Counted from the first letter of the stretch, positions 18,827 through 27,844 are shown. The stretch is DNA of 64,000 nt from a bacterium (GCA_021779915.1 JAJXZR010000029.1:12495-76494), one strand, 5' to 3'. Made by a program: numbers and translations. The notes: generated by a model not told the origin, from the letters alone.

Positions 18827-20276
18827 CGCTTAGATATTGTTTAGAAAATATTTGCTTGATTTCGGAAATTTTAATTCCCGAAGTAAGAAACAATAGGCCT
18901 ATATAAATTCCTGAGCTTATAAGTCCTTTTATAACAAGACCGGTCCAAAGAGAGAAAGATAAGCCATTAAGAAGGTATAATGCAATAATCATTCCTAATG
19001 ACGACACTAATAGTGATAGGACTGGGAGTGGCTTCCAGCCCTTGCCCCGCCCAATACCCCATTTTCTACTGACAAGGAAAACCACAAAAGTTACCAAGGC
19101 TTCAGAAATAGTTGATATCACAGCTGCTGCCATAAAAGAGTAATAAGGAATAAAAATTACATTAAGGACGATATTAAGAAAAGCCACTCCTGAAAGAATA
19201 AGCAACAGCAATCTTTGTTTATTAACAACGATCAGAATACTGTTGAAAAAATGAGCCAAAAAAATAGCTCCAAGCGCAGGGGCTAAGATTTTCATTACTA
19301 GTGTCGACTCCTCAAAGCCTTTTCCAGCAATTATTCTTACTACTTCTCCTGATAGGAAAAAAATTAGAATAGTAATGGGTAGAGTAACGACCCATAGAGT
19401 TTTTAAAATCTGACTGGCAATCCTAAGAAATTTCTTGGGATATTTGAAAATATTATAGGAAAAAACCGGCATAACAAGACCCATAAACATGAAGGGGAAA
19501 TAAATCAAACTCTCTATCACCTTGTAGGCAGCTCCATAAATTCCTACGTCATGGCTAGTTTTATAGTGAGAAAGCAATAATATATCGGCTTTGAAATATA
19601 AAAAATTGACAATGGCGGCGAGTCCAAGAGGAAGAGATTCTTTGAGAAAATATTTCCAATATTTTTTATCAATCGAGAAAGTGGGTCTGATATATTTTCC
19701 AGCTAAATTCCAAGAAGCAAGAAAAATAAAGAGGTAACTCGAGGCAGTGGCGGCAACAACTCCACCTACGCCCAAATTGTAACGAACTGCCAAAAAAGTC
19801 AAACCTACCTGAAGAATTCTACCAGTAAGCTCTCTCCAAGCCAAACGGTTCATTACCAGTCTCTTCTGAAAAATGCTGTTTAGAGTTTGGGAAAGAGAGG
19901 TAAAAACAAGAGCTATACACATAATCCAGATGCCTTGTTTGATTGATGGGGCATAGTTTAAGAAAAACACACAGACAGCGCCTATAAAAGCAACAACGGA
20001 AGAAACTGTCAATTGAAGTCCTAAAATATTTGCCACAATATTTTTTTCATCTGCATCGGGTCGAGAGATTTCTCGGGTAAGAATTTGGGTAATCCCAAAA
20101 TCAGAAAGCGCCGTGATAAGGAAATAAAAGGCGATAACCGTTGAATAATCGCCATATCCTCCCGTTCCCAAATAGCGGGTCATAAGGCCTACCGTTATGA
20201 GAGCTAAAGCCAAGCTCAAAACTCGAGTAGTGGCTGCAATTATTGAATTGTGGGCAATGCGAGAAGCAAGAGACAT
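18807..20276 (-). CDS. Wzx-type polysaccharide flippase
   Basis: about 12-14 TM; TRYLG..GYGDY, DFG, VGIYGAAYK. Confidence 0.88.
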   Translation of the reverse strand: MSLASRIAHNSIIAATTRVLSLALALITVGLMTRYLGTGGYGDYSTVIAFYFLITALSDFGITQILTREISRPDADEKNIVANILGLQLTVSSVVAFIGAVCVFFLNYAPSIKQGIWIMCIALVFTSLSQTLNSIFQKRLVMNRLAWRELTGRILQVGLTFLAVRYNLGVGGVVAATASSYLFIFLASWNLAGKYIRPTFSIDKKYWKYFLKESLPLGLAAIVNFLYFKADILLLSHYKTSHDVGIYGAAYKVIESLIYFPFMFMGLVMPVFSYNIFKYPKKFLRIASQILKTLWVVTLPITILIFFLSGEVVRIIAGKGFEESTLVMKILAPALGAIFLAHFFNSILIVVNKQRLLLLILSGVAFLNIVLNVIFIPYYSFMAAAVISTISEALVTFVVFLVSRKWGIGRGKGWKPLPVLSLLVSSLGMIIALYLLNGLSFSLWTGLVIKGLISSGIYIGLLFLTSGIKISEIKQIFSKQYLSDERLSL

Positions 20277-20299
20277 AGGAGGGATGTAGAATTATTTAA

Positions 20300-20437
20300 T
20301 AATTTTCAATTTCACAATATTTTAATGTTATAGACTAAATTTTTCTTTTTACAATCACTTTTATTAGTGTAGAATTGTTTGAGAAATTAAAAAACTAAAT
20401 CTCTTGGAACTTGTTTGAAAATTGTGAATTAAAAATT
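20300..20437. repeat. Family B element, degenerate
   Basis: aattttcaatttcacaat ... ttgtttgaaaattgtgaattaaaaatt. Confidence 0.6.
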
Positions 20438-20462
20438 TTAATTCGTATTTAACTTAAAAACA

Positions 20463-20750
20463 ATGAAAAATATATTTTCTGACCAAAAAGACAATATTGA
20501 GAATAATATTGATGACTACGAAAAGGATATTCCAAAAGATGGTTTAGCGCAAAAAAGAAAAATATTGGATGCAATTGAAGAAGCCCCCAAGCCCTTTTTG
20601 AATCTCGAGGAAAAAGATTTAGGAGAATTGAAAAAATCCCAGGTGGATTATAAAACTCTCGTTGCTAATAGAAACCAGGGGGAATTTAGCAACGGAAACA
20701 GTGTAAAAGTAGATAATTTTTCTGGTTTAAGGAATAAACCGAGGTACTGA
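20463..20750 (+). CDS. hypothetical protein
   Basis: 95-aa ORF filling the gap between two repeat elements. Confidence 0.55.
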   Translation: MKNIFSDQKDNIENNIDDYEKDIPKDGLAQKRKILDAIEEAPKPFLNLEEKDLGELKKSQVDYKTLVANRNQGEFSNGNSVKVDNFSGLRNKPRY

Positions 20751-20754
20751 GTGT

Positions 20755-21005
20755 GTGTCATTCTCGGCGTGTCGACCGGGAATCCAGGAGGATAGTATTG
20801 GTCTAACAAAATTCCAAATTCCAAGAAACAAATTACCCACCTACCGGTAGGCAGGCAAACAAGATACGATTTTCCAAATTAAAAATTAAAAACATTATTT
20901 TTTTATTTTAAATTTGTGATTTTGAATTTGTTTGGAACTTGTTTCTTGCTTCTTGGAATTTTATGGTCTTACTTACATAGATCCTCGCTTTCGCAAGGAT
21001 GACAC
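20755..21005. mobile_element. R doublet enclosing E with mini-hairpin (20836-20856); inverted sibling of 15209-15444
   Basis: gtgtcattctcggcgtgtcgaccgggaatcca ... gatcctcgctttcgcaaggatgacac. Confidence 0.88.
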
Positions 21006-21044
21006 GGAGGCAGGAACTTAAAACTAACAAATTAATCTACCTCT

Positions 21045-22391
21045 TTGCAAAAATTCAAACAAATTCTATTTTTTCTAACTATCTTATCTCTTCCCATTGA
21101 GCTGGCTTTTGTTAAAATTGGTGGTAGGGATATTAAATTCTGGTTTATTTTTGCCGTTTTGGGGGGTGTTGTTGTTTTGGCGGATTGGTGGAAGAAGGGA
21201 ATAAAAGAAATAACCAGTTTGAAAAGTTTTTATCTGGGAATTGCTACGATATTTTTTTCTTGCATTGCCCTGGTCGATTCGCCTGTTAAATCTTTCTCGA
21301 TCCAGCAACTGGTAATTCTTATCTCGCTGATTACGCTGGCTATGTTTGTTGAAAAATATTCCAAGAGATGCAAAAAAAAAATTCCCTCAGGACTTGCCAT
21401 TGGCATGATCTTAAGCTCAATTCTGGCTATTTGGCAAAACATTGCTTTTAATCTAGGAAATCAAAGTCTTGAGATTATGGCGGCAAGACCCAATGCGCTT
21501 TTTCCGGAACCCGATTGGCTAGGGTTTTATTTGTCTTTAGGGCTGGTGTTCTTCGTTGTTTCAACAAGAAATAAACAGTTACCGGAATTTTTAAAAAACA
21601 AATTTTCTTTGAGCATTTTTTGGCTGTTAAATATTACGGCACTTATCATTACAGTCGCTAGAGCGAGTTGGTTGGCTTTTATTTTGGAAGCTGGCGTCAC
21701 ATCCTTGCTATTAGCCACTTCTCTTTACCTTAGAAAAAAAGATTTAAAAGAAGCTCTAACTGCCTTTTTAAAAAAAGGGGGGGCTTTTGTTGCTCTGATT
21801 TTAATTTCTATTGCCATTATCCAAATCTTCCAATTAACGCGCTTCAATCTTTTTGATCGAATGAGAAGTATTTTTTTTAAACAACATATTGTCACTATGG
21901 CTTATAATCCGATTACGAAAGAGAGCTTAAAAATAAATTTGGAAGAAAAAGAGACTTACATTCAAAAAGGATTTGAAATTAAAGATGCTTATGTGCCCGA
22001 TGAAAATGTTATAAGTCGAGAAGATAAGGCAGTAAGTGCGTGGGACATTATCAAGAAGCATCCGATCCTAGGAAACGGATTGGGAATTATTCTCATTGAA
22101 ACCAACTATCAACACAACGCCAATAATCTCTTTCTTGAATGGTGGGCAAGCGCCGGTATTGGAGGGTTGATGGCAATTACCGGAACCCTTGTTTATTTTA
22201 TTGTCAAAGGATTGACTTTTATTAAAAATGAGAAGCGAAAATCCATTCTGCTAATTGCCGGAACCTTGGGATTTATCGCACTCAATCTCTTTAACGCTTC
22301 GATACTCCTCGCTTTTGCATGGTTTTTTCTAGGATATCTTTTTTCGCTTACCCACGTGTCATCCCGGCCTCCGAGCCGGGATCCAGGATGA
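21045..22391 (+). CDS. O-antigen ligase/Wzy_C family membrane protein
   Basis: RPNALFPEPD, ARASW, HPILGNGLG, ANNLFLEWW. Confidence 0.8.
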   Translation: MQKFKQILFFLTILSLPIELAFVKIGGRDIKFWFIFAVLGGVVVLADWWKKGIKEITSLKSFYLGIATIFFSCIALVDSPVKSFSIQQLVILISLITLAMFVEKYSKRCKKKIPSGLAIGMILSSILAIWQNIAFNLGNQSLEIMAARPNALFPEPDWLGFYLSLGLVFFVVSTRNKQLPEFLKNKFSLSIFWLLNITALIITVARASWLAFILEAGVTSLLLATSLYLRKKDLKEALTAFLKKGGAFVALILISIAIIQIFQLTRFNLFDRMRSIFFKQHIVTMAYNPITKESLKINLEEKETYIQKGFEIKDAYVPDENVISREDKAVSAWDIIKKHPILGNGLGIILIETNYQHNANNLFLEWWASAGIGGLMAITGTLVYFIVKGLTFIKNEKRKSILLIAGTLGFIALNLFNASILLAFAWFFLGYLFSLTHVSSRPPSRDPG

Positions 22392-22394
22392 CAC
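22356..22394. repeat. collapsed R element supplying the last codons and TGA of the ligase gene
   Basis: gtgtcatcccggcctccgagccgggatccaggatgacac. Confidence 0.85.
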
Positions 22395-22511
22395 CTTCAA
22401 TAATGATTTTGGACCCTTAACTTATTTACAGGGATTTGCAAATTTTCTCTTTTTAATTTTTTCATTTACAATACATCTCCCAAATAAAAAAATAATTTTT
22501 AAACAAAAAAT

Positions 22512-22703
22512 ATGACGAGAAACAAAAACCAAAAGAACCAGGAGCTCGTTAGCGCTTGCCCCCATTGCGGTTCTGACAATGTTTACGCCATTACAAGAGT
22601 TACGGGGTATTTCTCCAAAACTTCCATGTGGAACAAAGGAAAAATCGCCGAACTTAAGGACAGAGAAAGAGCTCTTAACAAGAAGTATTTTTCAAATGCT
22701 TAA
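22512..22703 (+). CDS. stand-alone NrdD C-terminal (glycyl-radical loop) protein
   Basis: CPHCGS...TRVTGYFS...WNKGKIAELKDR. Confidence 0.8.
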   Translation: MTRNKNQKNQELVSACPHCGSDNVYAITRVTGYFSKTSMWNKGKIAELKDRERALNKKYFSNA

Positions 22704-22711
22704 ATTTCTCT

Positions 22712-23263
22712 ATGAGTTTTGATAAGGGAAAACTTTTCATTATTACCGGAGCAGACGGATCCGGAAAAACGAAGGTGATTGAAGATCTGGAAAAGATTAA
22801 GTCTTTTTATTTGGTAAATTACATTACCACTGCTTCTCAAAGCGAAAAAGGAGTAGTTCCGGTCAGTTGGGATAATTTTCAATCATTCGCAGAGAACGAC
22901 GGTTTTGTTCTTTCTTTCAAAAAAAGAAATGCGATGACAGGAGTCACTCATGAGGAGATTAAAAAGGCCGAAGCAAGCGGTCAACCGATCGTTTGGGAGA
23001 TTGATATCCAGTGGATTGAAGATATTAGAAACGAACATCCGGAAGCGACTACAATTCTCGTAAATGGACTGGACGCCGAAGGATTTTATCAGCACTATGA
23101 AAGCAAAGGGAGCGCCGTACCCACTCTTACGGCAATCAAAGCTCAAAGAGCTGAGCATCTGCACGAATGGGGCAGAGGACAAGTAGATTACATCGTAGAA
23201 AATAAATTTGGAGAAAGCGCCAAAGCAGCAGAAGAAGTGAAAAAGATAATGGAAGGAGGATAA
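22712..23263 (+). CDS. guanylate-kinase-like P-loop protein (divergent)
   Basis: GKLFIITGADGSGKT, WEIDIQ, DYIVEN. Confidence 0.65.
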   Translation: MSFDKGKLFIITGADGSGKTKVIEDLEKIKSFYLVNYITTASQSEKGVVPVSWDNFQSFAENDGFVLSFKKRNAMTGVTHEEIKKAEASGQPIVWEIDIQWIEDIRNEHPEATTILVNGLDAEGFYQHYESKGSAVPTLTAIKAQRAEHLHEWGRGQVDYIVENKFGESAKAAEEVKKIMEGG

Positions 23264-23392
23264 AAAATGACGAATGACAAATGTCGAATGACGAATTAAT
23301 GGCAAAATCCAAATATCAAAAAATTTTGTCATTTGGTATTTGAAATTTATCGTTTTATTAGAAATTAGGTGAATTAGGTTAATTAGAAATTT
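23264..23392. repeat. Family F element followed by the right arm of family G
   Basis: aaaatgacgaatgacaaatgtcgaatgacg ... gtcattt; attagaaattaggtgaattagg. Confidence 0.75.
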
Positions 23393-23396
23393 TATA

Positions 23397-24254
23397 ATGT
23401 CTTCTCTCTCCTCCGATCTCTCAGACTCTCTCTCAAAAAACAATATCTTCCCCAATAAAAAATTAGGTCAGTGTTTTCTTGTTTCAAAAAAAGCTTTGGA
23501 GCAAATTATAAAAGCTTCCAAAATAAAAAAAGGTGAAAAAATACTGGAAATTGGTCCGGGAACAGGAATTTTGACTAGAGAATTATTAAATCGGGGAGCC
23601 AAGGTTGTTGCAGTTGAAAAAGACAAGCGCCTTTTTGAAATAATTAGGGATAACTTTCAAAAAGAAATTAAGGAGGCAAGGCTAACCCTTATAAAAGGAG
23701 ACTTTCTGAATTTAAATTTCCCTCGATTTTTAAAAGATTTGAATTTTAAAGAAAAAGAATACAAAGTTGTTTCCAATTTGCCCTACCAAATCACTTCTCC
23801 TGTTCTCAAAGTTTTATTAGAAGAAAATTTTCTTCCTAAAGACATCATTATTACCATTCAAAAAGAGGTTGCGATGAGAATTTGTGCTGGTAAAGGAGAG
23901 CTTGGTTCTTTGAGCGTAATGGTTCAATCCTGCTCAAAAGGATGTAACATAGTGAACAAATTTCCTCCATCATATTTTAAACCTCAGCCAGAGGTTGATT
24001 CTGCCTTGATCAAAATTGAAGGGCTGGACTATCCTAAGGGAATTGATATTAATTTTCTGAGAAATCTTCTCCGAATTGGGTTTTCTTCTAAAAGAAAAAA
24101 ATTAGCAAAGAATTTTAAAAATGTTTTTCCTAAAGAACAAATCGATATTATTTGGGAAGAGTTAAATATACCGGAGAATGTTAGAGCGGAGGATTTAGTA
24201 GTAGAGAAATGGGGGGAAATCGCAAGGAAGATCAAAACTTGGAGTACAAATTAA
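23397..24254 (+). CDS. rsmA: 16S rRNA dimethyladenosine transferase
   Basis: KKLGQCFL, EIGPGTG, SNLPYQIT, QKEVA, PEVDSA, RAEDL. Confidence 0.95.
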   Translation: MSSLSSDLSDSLSKNNIFPNKKLGQCFLVSKKALEQIIKASKIKKGEKILEIGPGTGILTRELLNRGAKVVAVEKDKRLFEIIRDNFQKEIKEARLTLIKGDFLNLNFPRFLKDLNFKEKEYKVVSNLPYQITSPVLKVLLEENFLPKDIIITIQKEVAMRICAGKGELGSLSVMVQSCSKGCNIVNKFPPSYFKPQPEVDSALIKIEGLDYPKGIDINFLRNLLRIGFSSKRKKLAKNFKNVFPKEQIDIIWEELNIPENVRAEDLVVEKWGEIARKIKTWSTN

Positions 24255-24291
24255 AAGATATATTTAATAAAGACTAATCCAGCTATTTTTG

Positions 24292-24464
24292 AGCGAGTAA
24301 TGGGAGTCGACCCCGTCTTTTAGCCTTGCTTGCCCACCGAAATGAGCGGTAGACCGGGATCGAACCGGCGATCTTCTGCTTGGGAAGCAGACGTTCTACC
24401 ACTGAACTACTACCGCATAATTTAGGCGTGGGAAGGTCATGCAATACCGATATACGATACCCGC
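24292..24464 (-). pseudogene. degenerate tRNA-Gly(CCC) split at the anticodon (5' half 24431-24464, 3' half 24292-24328)
   Basis: joined halves: GCGGGTA TC GTAT ATCGGTA TTGC A TGACC TTCC|CAA GGCTA AAAG ACGGG GTCGACT CCCAT TACTCGC T. Confidence 0.75.
24345..24416 (-). tRNA. tRNA-Gly(CCC), intact, nested inside the split tRNA
   Basis: GCGGTAG/CTACCGC acceptor, U73, tctgc-ttcccaa-gcaga anticodon arm, GGTTCGATCC T-arm. Confidence 0.95.
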
Positions 24465-24502
24465 ATATTTTTAATGGTAGAAATTATTTTTAGAATAGTC
24501 CA

Positions 24503-24564
24503 GACAATTAAGAGTTAAAAGTTAAAAATGCAAAGTTCAAAGGAACAATTAACTTTTAATTGTC
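24503..24564. repeat. short family C element
   Basis: gacaattaagagttaa ... ttaacttttaattgtc. Confidence 0.65.
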
Positions 24565-24623
24565 AATTGTTCGTGCTATAATTTTCTCATCTTTTAAATT
24601 GTCAATAAAAAAACAAATAATCA

Positions 24624-27600
24624 ATGTCTCTTTCGAAAAAAGTTAGTGGCGGAAAACAGCAAGATTTTGAGGAAATTGCCCTTCGTGATACAACCAGAAG
24701 ATTAAGCAGGGCTTCAGAAGAGGAACAGGCTGCCATTCGAGCGGCTGGGTCCGGTCTTCCTTACCTTGATCTCAATATTTTTCCCGTAGGGGCGGAAACT
24801 TTAAGCATTCTTCCCGAAGAAGTGGCTCGACTAGGAGAAATTACCGTTATCCAGAAAGCGGGACGAGAAATTAAGGTAGGAGTTTTTGACCCCAACAACA
24901 AAACCACTCAAGAAGTTTTGGAAAAGTTGGAAAAAGACGAAGGATATCGTATTAAACTTTACATCGTTTCCAGAACCAGTCTTAAAAGAACTTGGGATAG
25001 ATATAAGCACATTAATCTAGCTTCTTCCCTGGAAGATATGATGCTGACACTTTCTGGCAAGGATTTAGAAAAATTTGAGAACGACATTAAAGAGCTTGTT
25101 GACCTAAAGAAAAGAATCCGGGAACTTCCAACCACCGAAGTATTAAACGTCATTATCGCCGGTGCAATCAAGATGGATGCTAGCGATATCCACACCGAAC
25201 CTCAAAAAGATGATGTTCGCATCCGTTATCGTCTGGATGGAGTTTTGCATGACATTGTCCATATTCCTTACAATTACTACCCTTACGTCCTTTCTCGAGT
25301 GAAAATGCTTTCTGGACTCAAACTCAATATCAAAGACCGTTCACAAGACGGACGTTTTTCCATCAAAACTAACAAGTACGAGATTGACGTTCGTATTTCA
25401 ATCCTTCCGGGAAATTATGGAGAAAACATAGTAATGAGGCTTCTCAACCAAAACGAAACTGGATTCACTTTGGAAGATTTAGGTCTTCGCGGAAGAGCCG
25501 CTGAACAACTGGCTATTCAAATGGCCAAACCTAACGGAATGATTCTTAATACCGGACCTACCGGTTCTGGAAAAACCACCACTCTTTATGCTTGTATCCG
25601 CAAATTGAATTCTCCCGACACAAAAATAATCACTATTGAAGACCCGATAGAATATCGTTTGGCAGGTGTATCCCAAACTCAAGTTCACAAGGAAAGAGGA
25701 TATGATTTTGCTAATGGTCTTCGAGCGATTGTTAGACAAGACCCTGATGTAATTTTGGTTGGGGAAATCAGAGACGAAGAAACGGGAGATATTGCAGTCC
25801 ACGCCTCTTTAACGGGACATCTGGTGCTTTCCACCCTTCACACTAACAGCGCCGCCGGAGCTATTCCTCGTTTGATTGATTTGGGAATCCGGCCTTCTCT
25901 TATCACTCCTTCGATTAATTGTATTATTGCTCAAAGGCTAGTTCGAAAACTTTGTCCTTTTTGCCGGGAAGAATATGTTCCTGCTCAGGAGACTTTAGAA
26001 AGCATGAGTCGCTTCTTGTCGATTATTTCCCCTAAAGCGCGAGTAGAAGTTCCGAAAAATATCACCACTCTTTATCGGGCAACGGGCTGTCCAAAATGCC
26101 ACGGATTGGGATATAAAGGCAGAATCGGAATATTTGAAATTTTTGAAGTCACTCCTTCTATTGAGAAACTAGTTCTAGAAATGGCTCCTGCTTCCGATCT
26201 TTTGGCTGCTTCTATGGAAGAAGGGATGGTAACAATGCTTCAAGACGGAATCCTTAAGGCCGCCGAAGGAATGACTTCGATGGAAGAGGTTGAAAGAGTG
26301 ACGGGATCCGGCCAATACCTGCAAGAAATTTACGAAAAAATTATGGTGCAACTTCTTTCACTCCAGCTAAAAATCACCGCAAAGCAAGGCGAAGAAGTGG
26401 TTGGTTGCGGATATGAAGCAAAAAATATCGCTGACTACATTCAAAAAGCATCAAATAAAGATATTCTTAATTATATTGTGGCTGGAGGGCTTTCTTTCGA
26501 TGCGGGAGATATCCACATGGAACCGCAAGGAGATAGAATAAAAATCCGCTATCGGATTGACGGTATTTTGGAAGATATTACTGATATAAAGGCAAGCGAC
26601 TATTTGCCGGTTCTTTCTCAAATAAAACTACTGGCCGGACTCAAAACCGATTCCCACGCTGCCGTTCAAGACAGTCGTTTTGGGATCAGTCTCGAAACAC
26701 CGATCCGCGACATCCCTAATAAACAAATAGACGTGAGAGTTTCCATTATTACTGGAGGGTATGGAGAAACAGTGGTGATGAGACTTTTGCATAAATCAGC
26801 TCAAGCCCTGGAAGTAGAAAAAATCGGTTTCCGACCACAACTACTGGACAAACTATTACGCGAAATTGAAAAACCCAACGGAATGATTCTTAACACAGGA
26901 CCAACCGGTTCTGGAAAAACTACCACTTTGTACTCTCTTCTTAATCGATTGAATAAACCCGAAGTTAAAATCATCACTGTGGAAGACCCAATTGAGTATC
27001 GCTTGGCGGGAATATTGCAAACTCAGGTTTCAGTTGATGAAGGATACAATTTTGCCGACGCTCTGCGAGCGCTCCTTCGCCAAAATCCGGATATTATGAT
27101 GATTGGGGAAATTAGAGATGAAGAAACGGGAAAAATTTCTATCCAAGCCTCTTTGACAGGGCACTTGGTACTTTCCACTTTGCATACCAACAATGCCGTA
27201 GCTTCTATCCAACGTATGATCAATATGAACATCGACCCCACTGACATCGCCACCGCTACCAACGCCATGATGGCTCAAAGATTGGTCAGAAAGCTTTGTC
27301 CTGTTTGCAAAAAGAAAGTTCCTATTACTCCCGATAACAAAAAAAGATTGGAAGAAATTATTGCCGGAATTCACCCCTCGACTGGAATTTCAATTCCAAG
27401 CAACACAGTTGACTTTCTATATGAACCAGTTGGCTGTTCAGAGTGTAAAAACATAGGTTTCAAGGGAAGATTTCCCGTCGCAGAACTAATGCTAATGACT
27501 CCGACTCTCGAAGAAATGGTAGCCCACTTTGCCATCACTTCTGAAATTGAAAAACAAGCCATCCAAGAAGGAATGCTCACTATGACCCAAGACGCAGCCC

Positions 27601-27659
27601 TCCGCATCGCCGACGGAGAAACCAGTCTGGCCGAAGCAGCGAGATTGACAGAGCTATAA
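24624..27659 (+). CDS. tandem double-domain PilB/GspE ATPase
   Basis: two complete sets of DIHxEP, GPTGSGKTT, EDPIEY, GEIRD, STLHTN and paired CxxC. Confidence 0.92.
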   Translation: MSLSKKVSGGKQQDFEEIALRDTTRRLSRASEEEQAAIRAAGSGLPYLDLNIFPVGAETLSILPEEVARLGEITVIQKAGREIKVGVFDPNNKTTQEVLEKLEKDEGYRIKLYIVSRTSLKRTWDRYKHINLASSLEDMMLTLSGKDLEKFENDIKELVDLKKRIRELPTTEVLNVIIAGAIKMDASDIHTEPQKDDVRIRYRLDGVLHDIVHIPYNYYPYVLSRVKMLSGLKLNIKDRSQDGRFSIKTNKYEIDVRISILPGNYGENIVMRLLNQNETGFTLEDLGLRGRAAEQLAIQMAKPNGMILNTGPTGSGKTTTLYACIRKLNSPDTKIITIEDPIEYRLAGVSQTQVHKERGYDFANGLRAIVRQDPDVILVGEIRDEETGDIAVHASLTGHLVLSTLHTNSAAGAIPRLIDLGIRPSLITPSINCIIAQRLVRKLCPFCREEYVPAQETLESMSRFLSIISPKARVEVPKNITTLYRATGCPKCHGLGYKGRIGIFEIFEVTPSIEKLVLEMAPASDLLAASMEEGMVTMLQDGILKAAEGMTSMEEVERVTGSGQYLQEIYEKIMVQLLSLQLKITAKQGEEVVGCGYEAKNIADYIQKASNKDILNYIVAGGLSFDAGDIHMEPQGDRIKIRYRIDGILEDITDIKASDYLPVLSQIKLLAGLKTDSHAAVQDSRFGISLETPIRDIPNKQIDVRVSIITGGYGETVVMRLLHKSAQALEVEKIGFRPQLLDKLLREIEKPNGMILNTGPTGSGKTTTLYSLLNRLNKPEVKIITVEDPIEYRLAGILQTQVSVDEGYNFADALRALLRQNPDIMMIGEIRDEETGKISIQASLTGHLVLSTLHTNNAVASIQRMINMNIDPTDIATATNAMMAQRLVRKLCPVCKKKVPITPDNKKRLEEIIAGIHPSTGISIPSNTVDFLYEPVGCSECKNIGFKGRFPVAELMLMTPTLEEMVAHFAITSEIEKQAIQEGMLTMTQDAALRIADGETSLAEAARLTEL

Positions 27660-27702
27660 AATAATGTTGCAATTAACAGAACTAAGTAAAATGTTAAACC
27701 CC

Positions 27703-27844
27703 GTGTCATCCCGGGCTTGACCCGGGATCCAGTTAGACTAACAGAATGTTATTTTAACGTGTATTTGTAAAAAACTAAACAAAAGAACGTTTTGTTAGAC
27801 TAACACTATTTTCCTGGATCCCGGCTCAGAGGCCGGGATGACAC
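27703..27844. mobile_element. R doublet with AT-rich core
   Basis: gtgtcatcccgggcttgacccgggatcca ... tggatcccggctcagaggccgggatgacac. Confidence 0.88.

Noticed and set aside
22883-23455. 190-aa minus-strand ORF, and similar ORFs at 4053, 17916, 30815 and 45948
   Set aside because: They are antisense to real genes and/or read through low-complexity repeat arms; no protein motifs.
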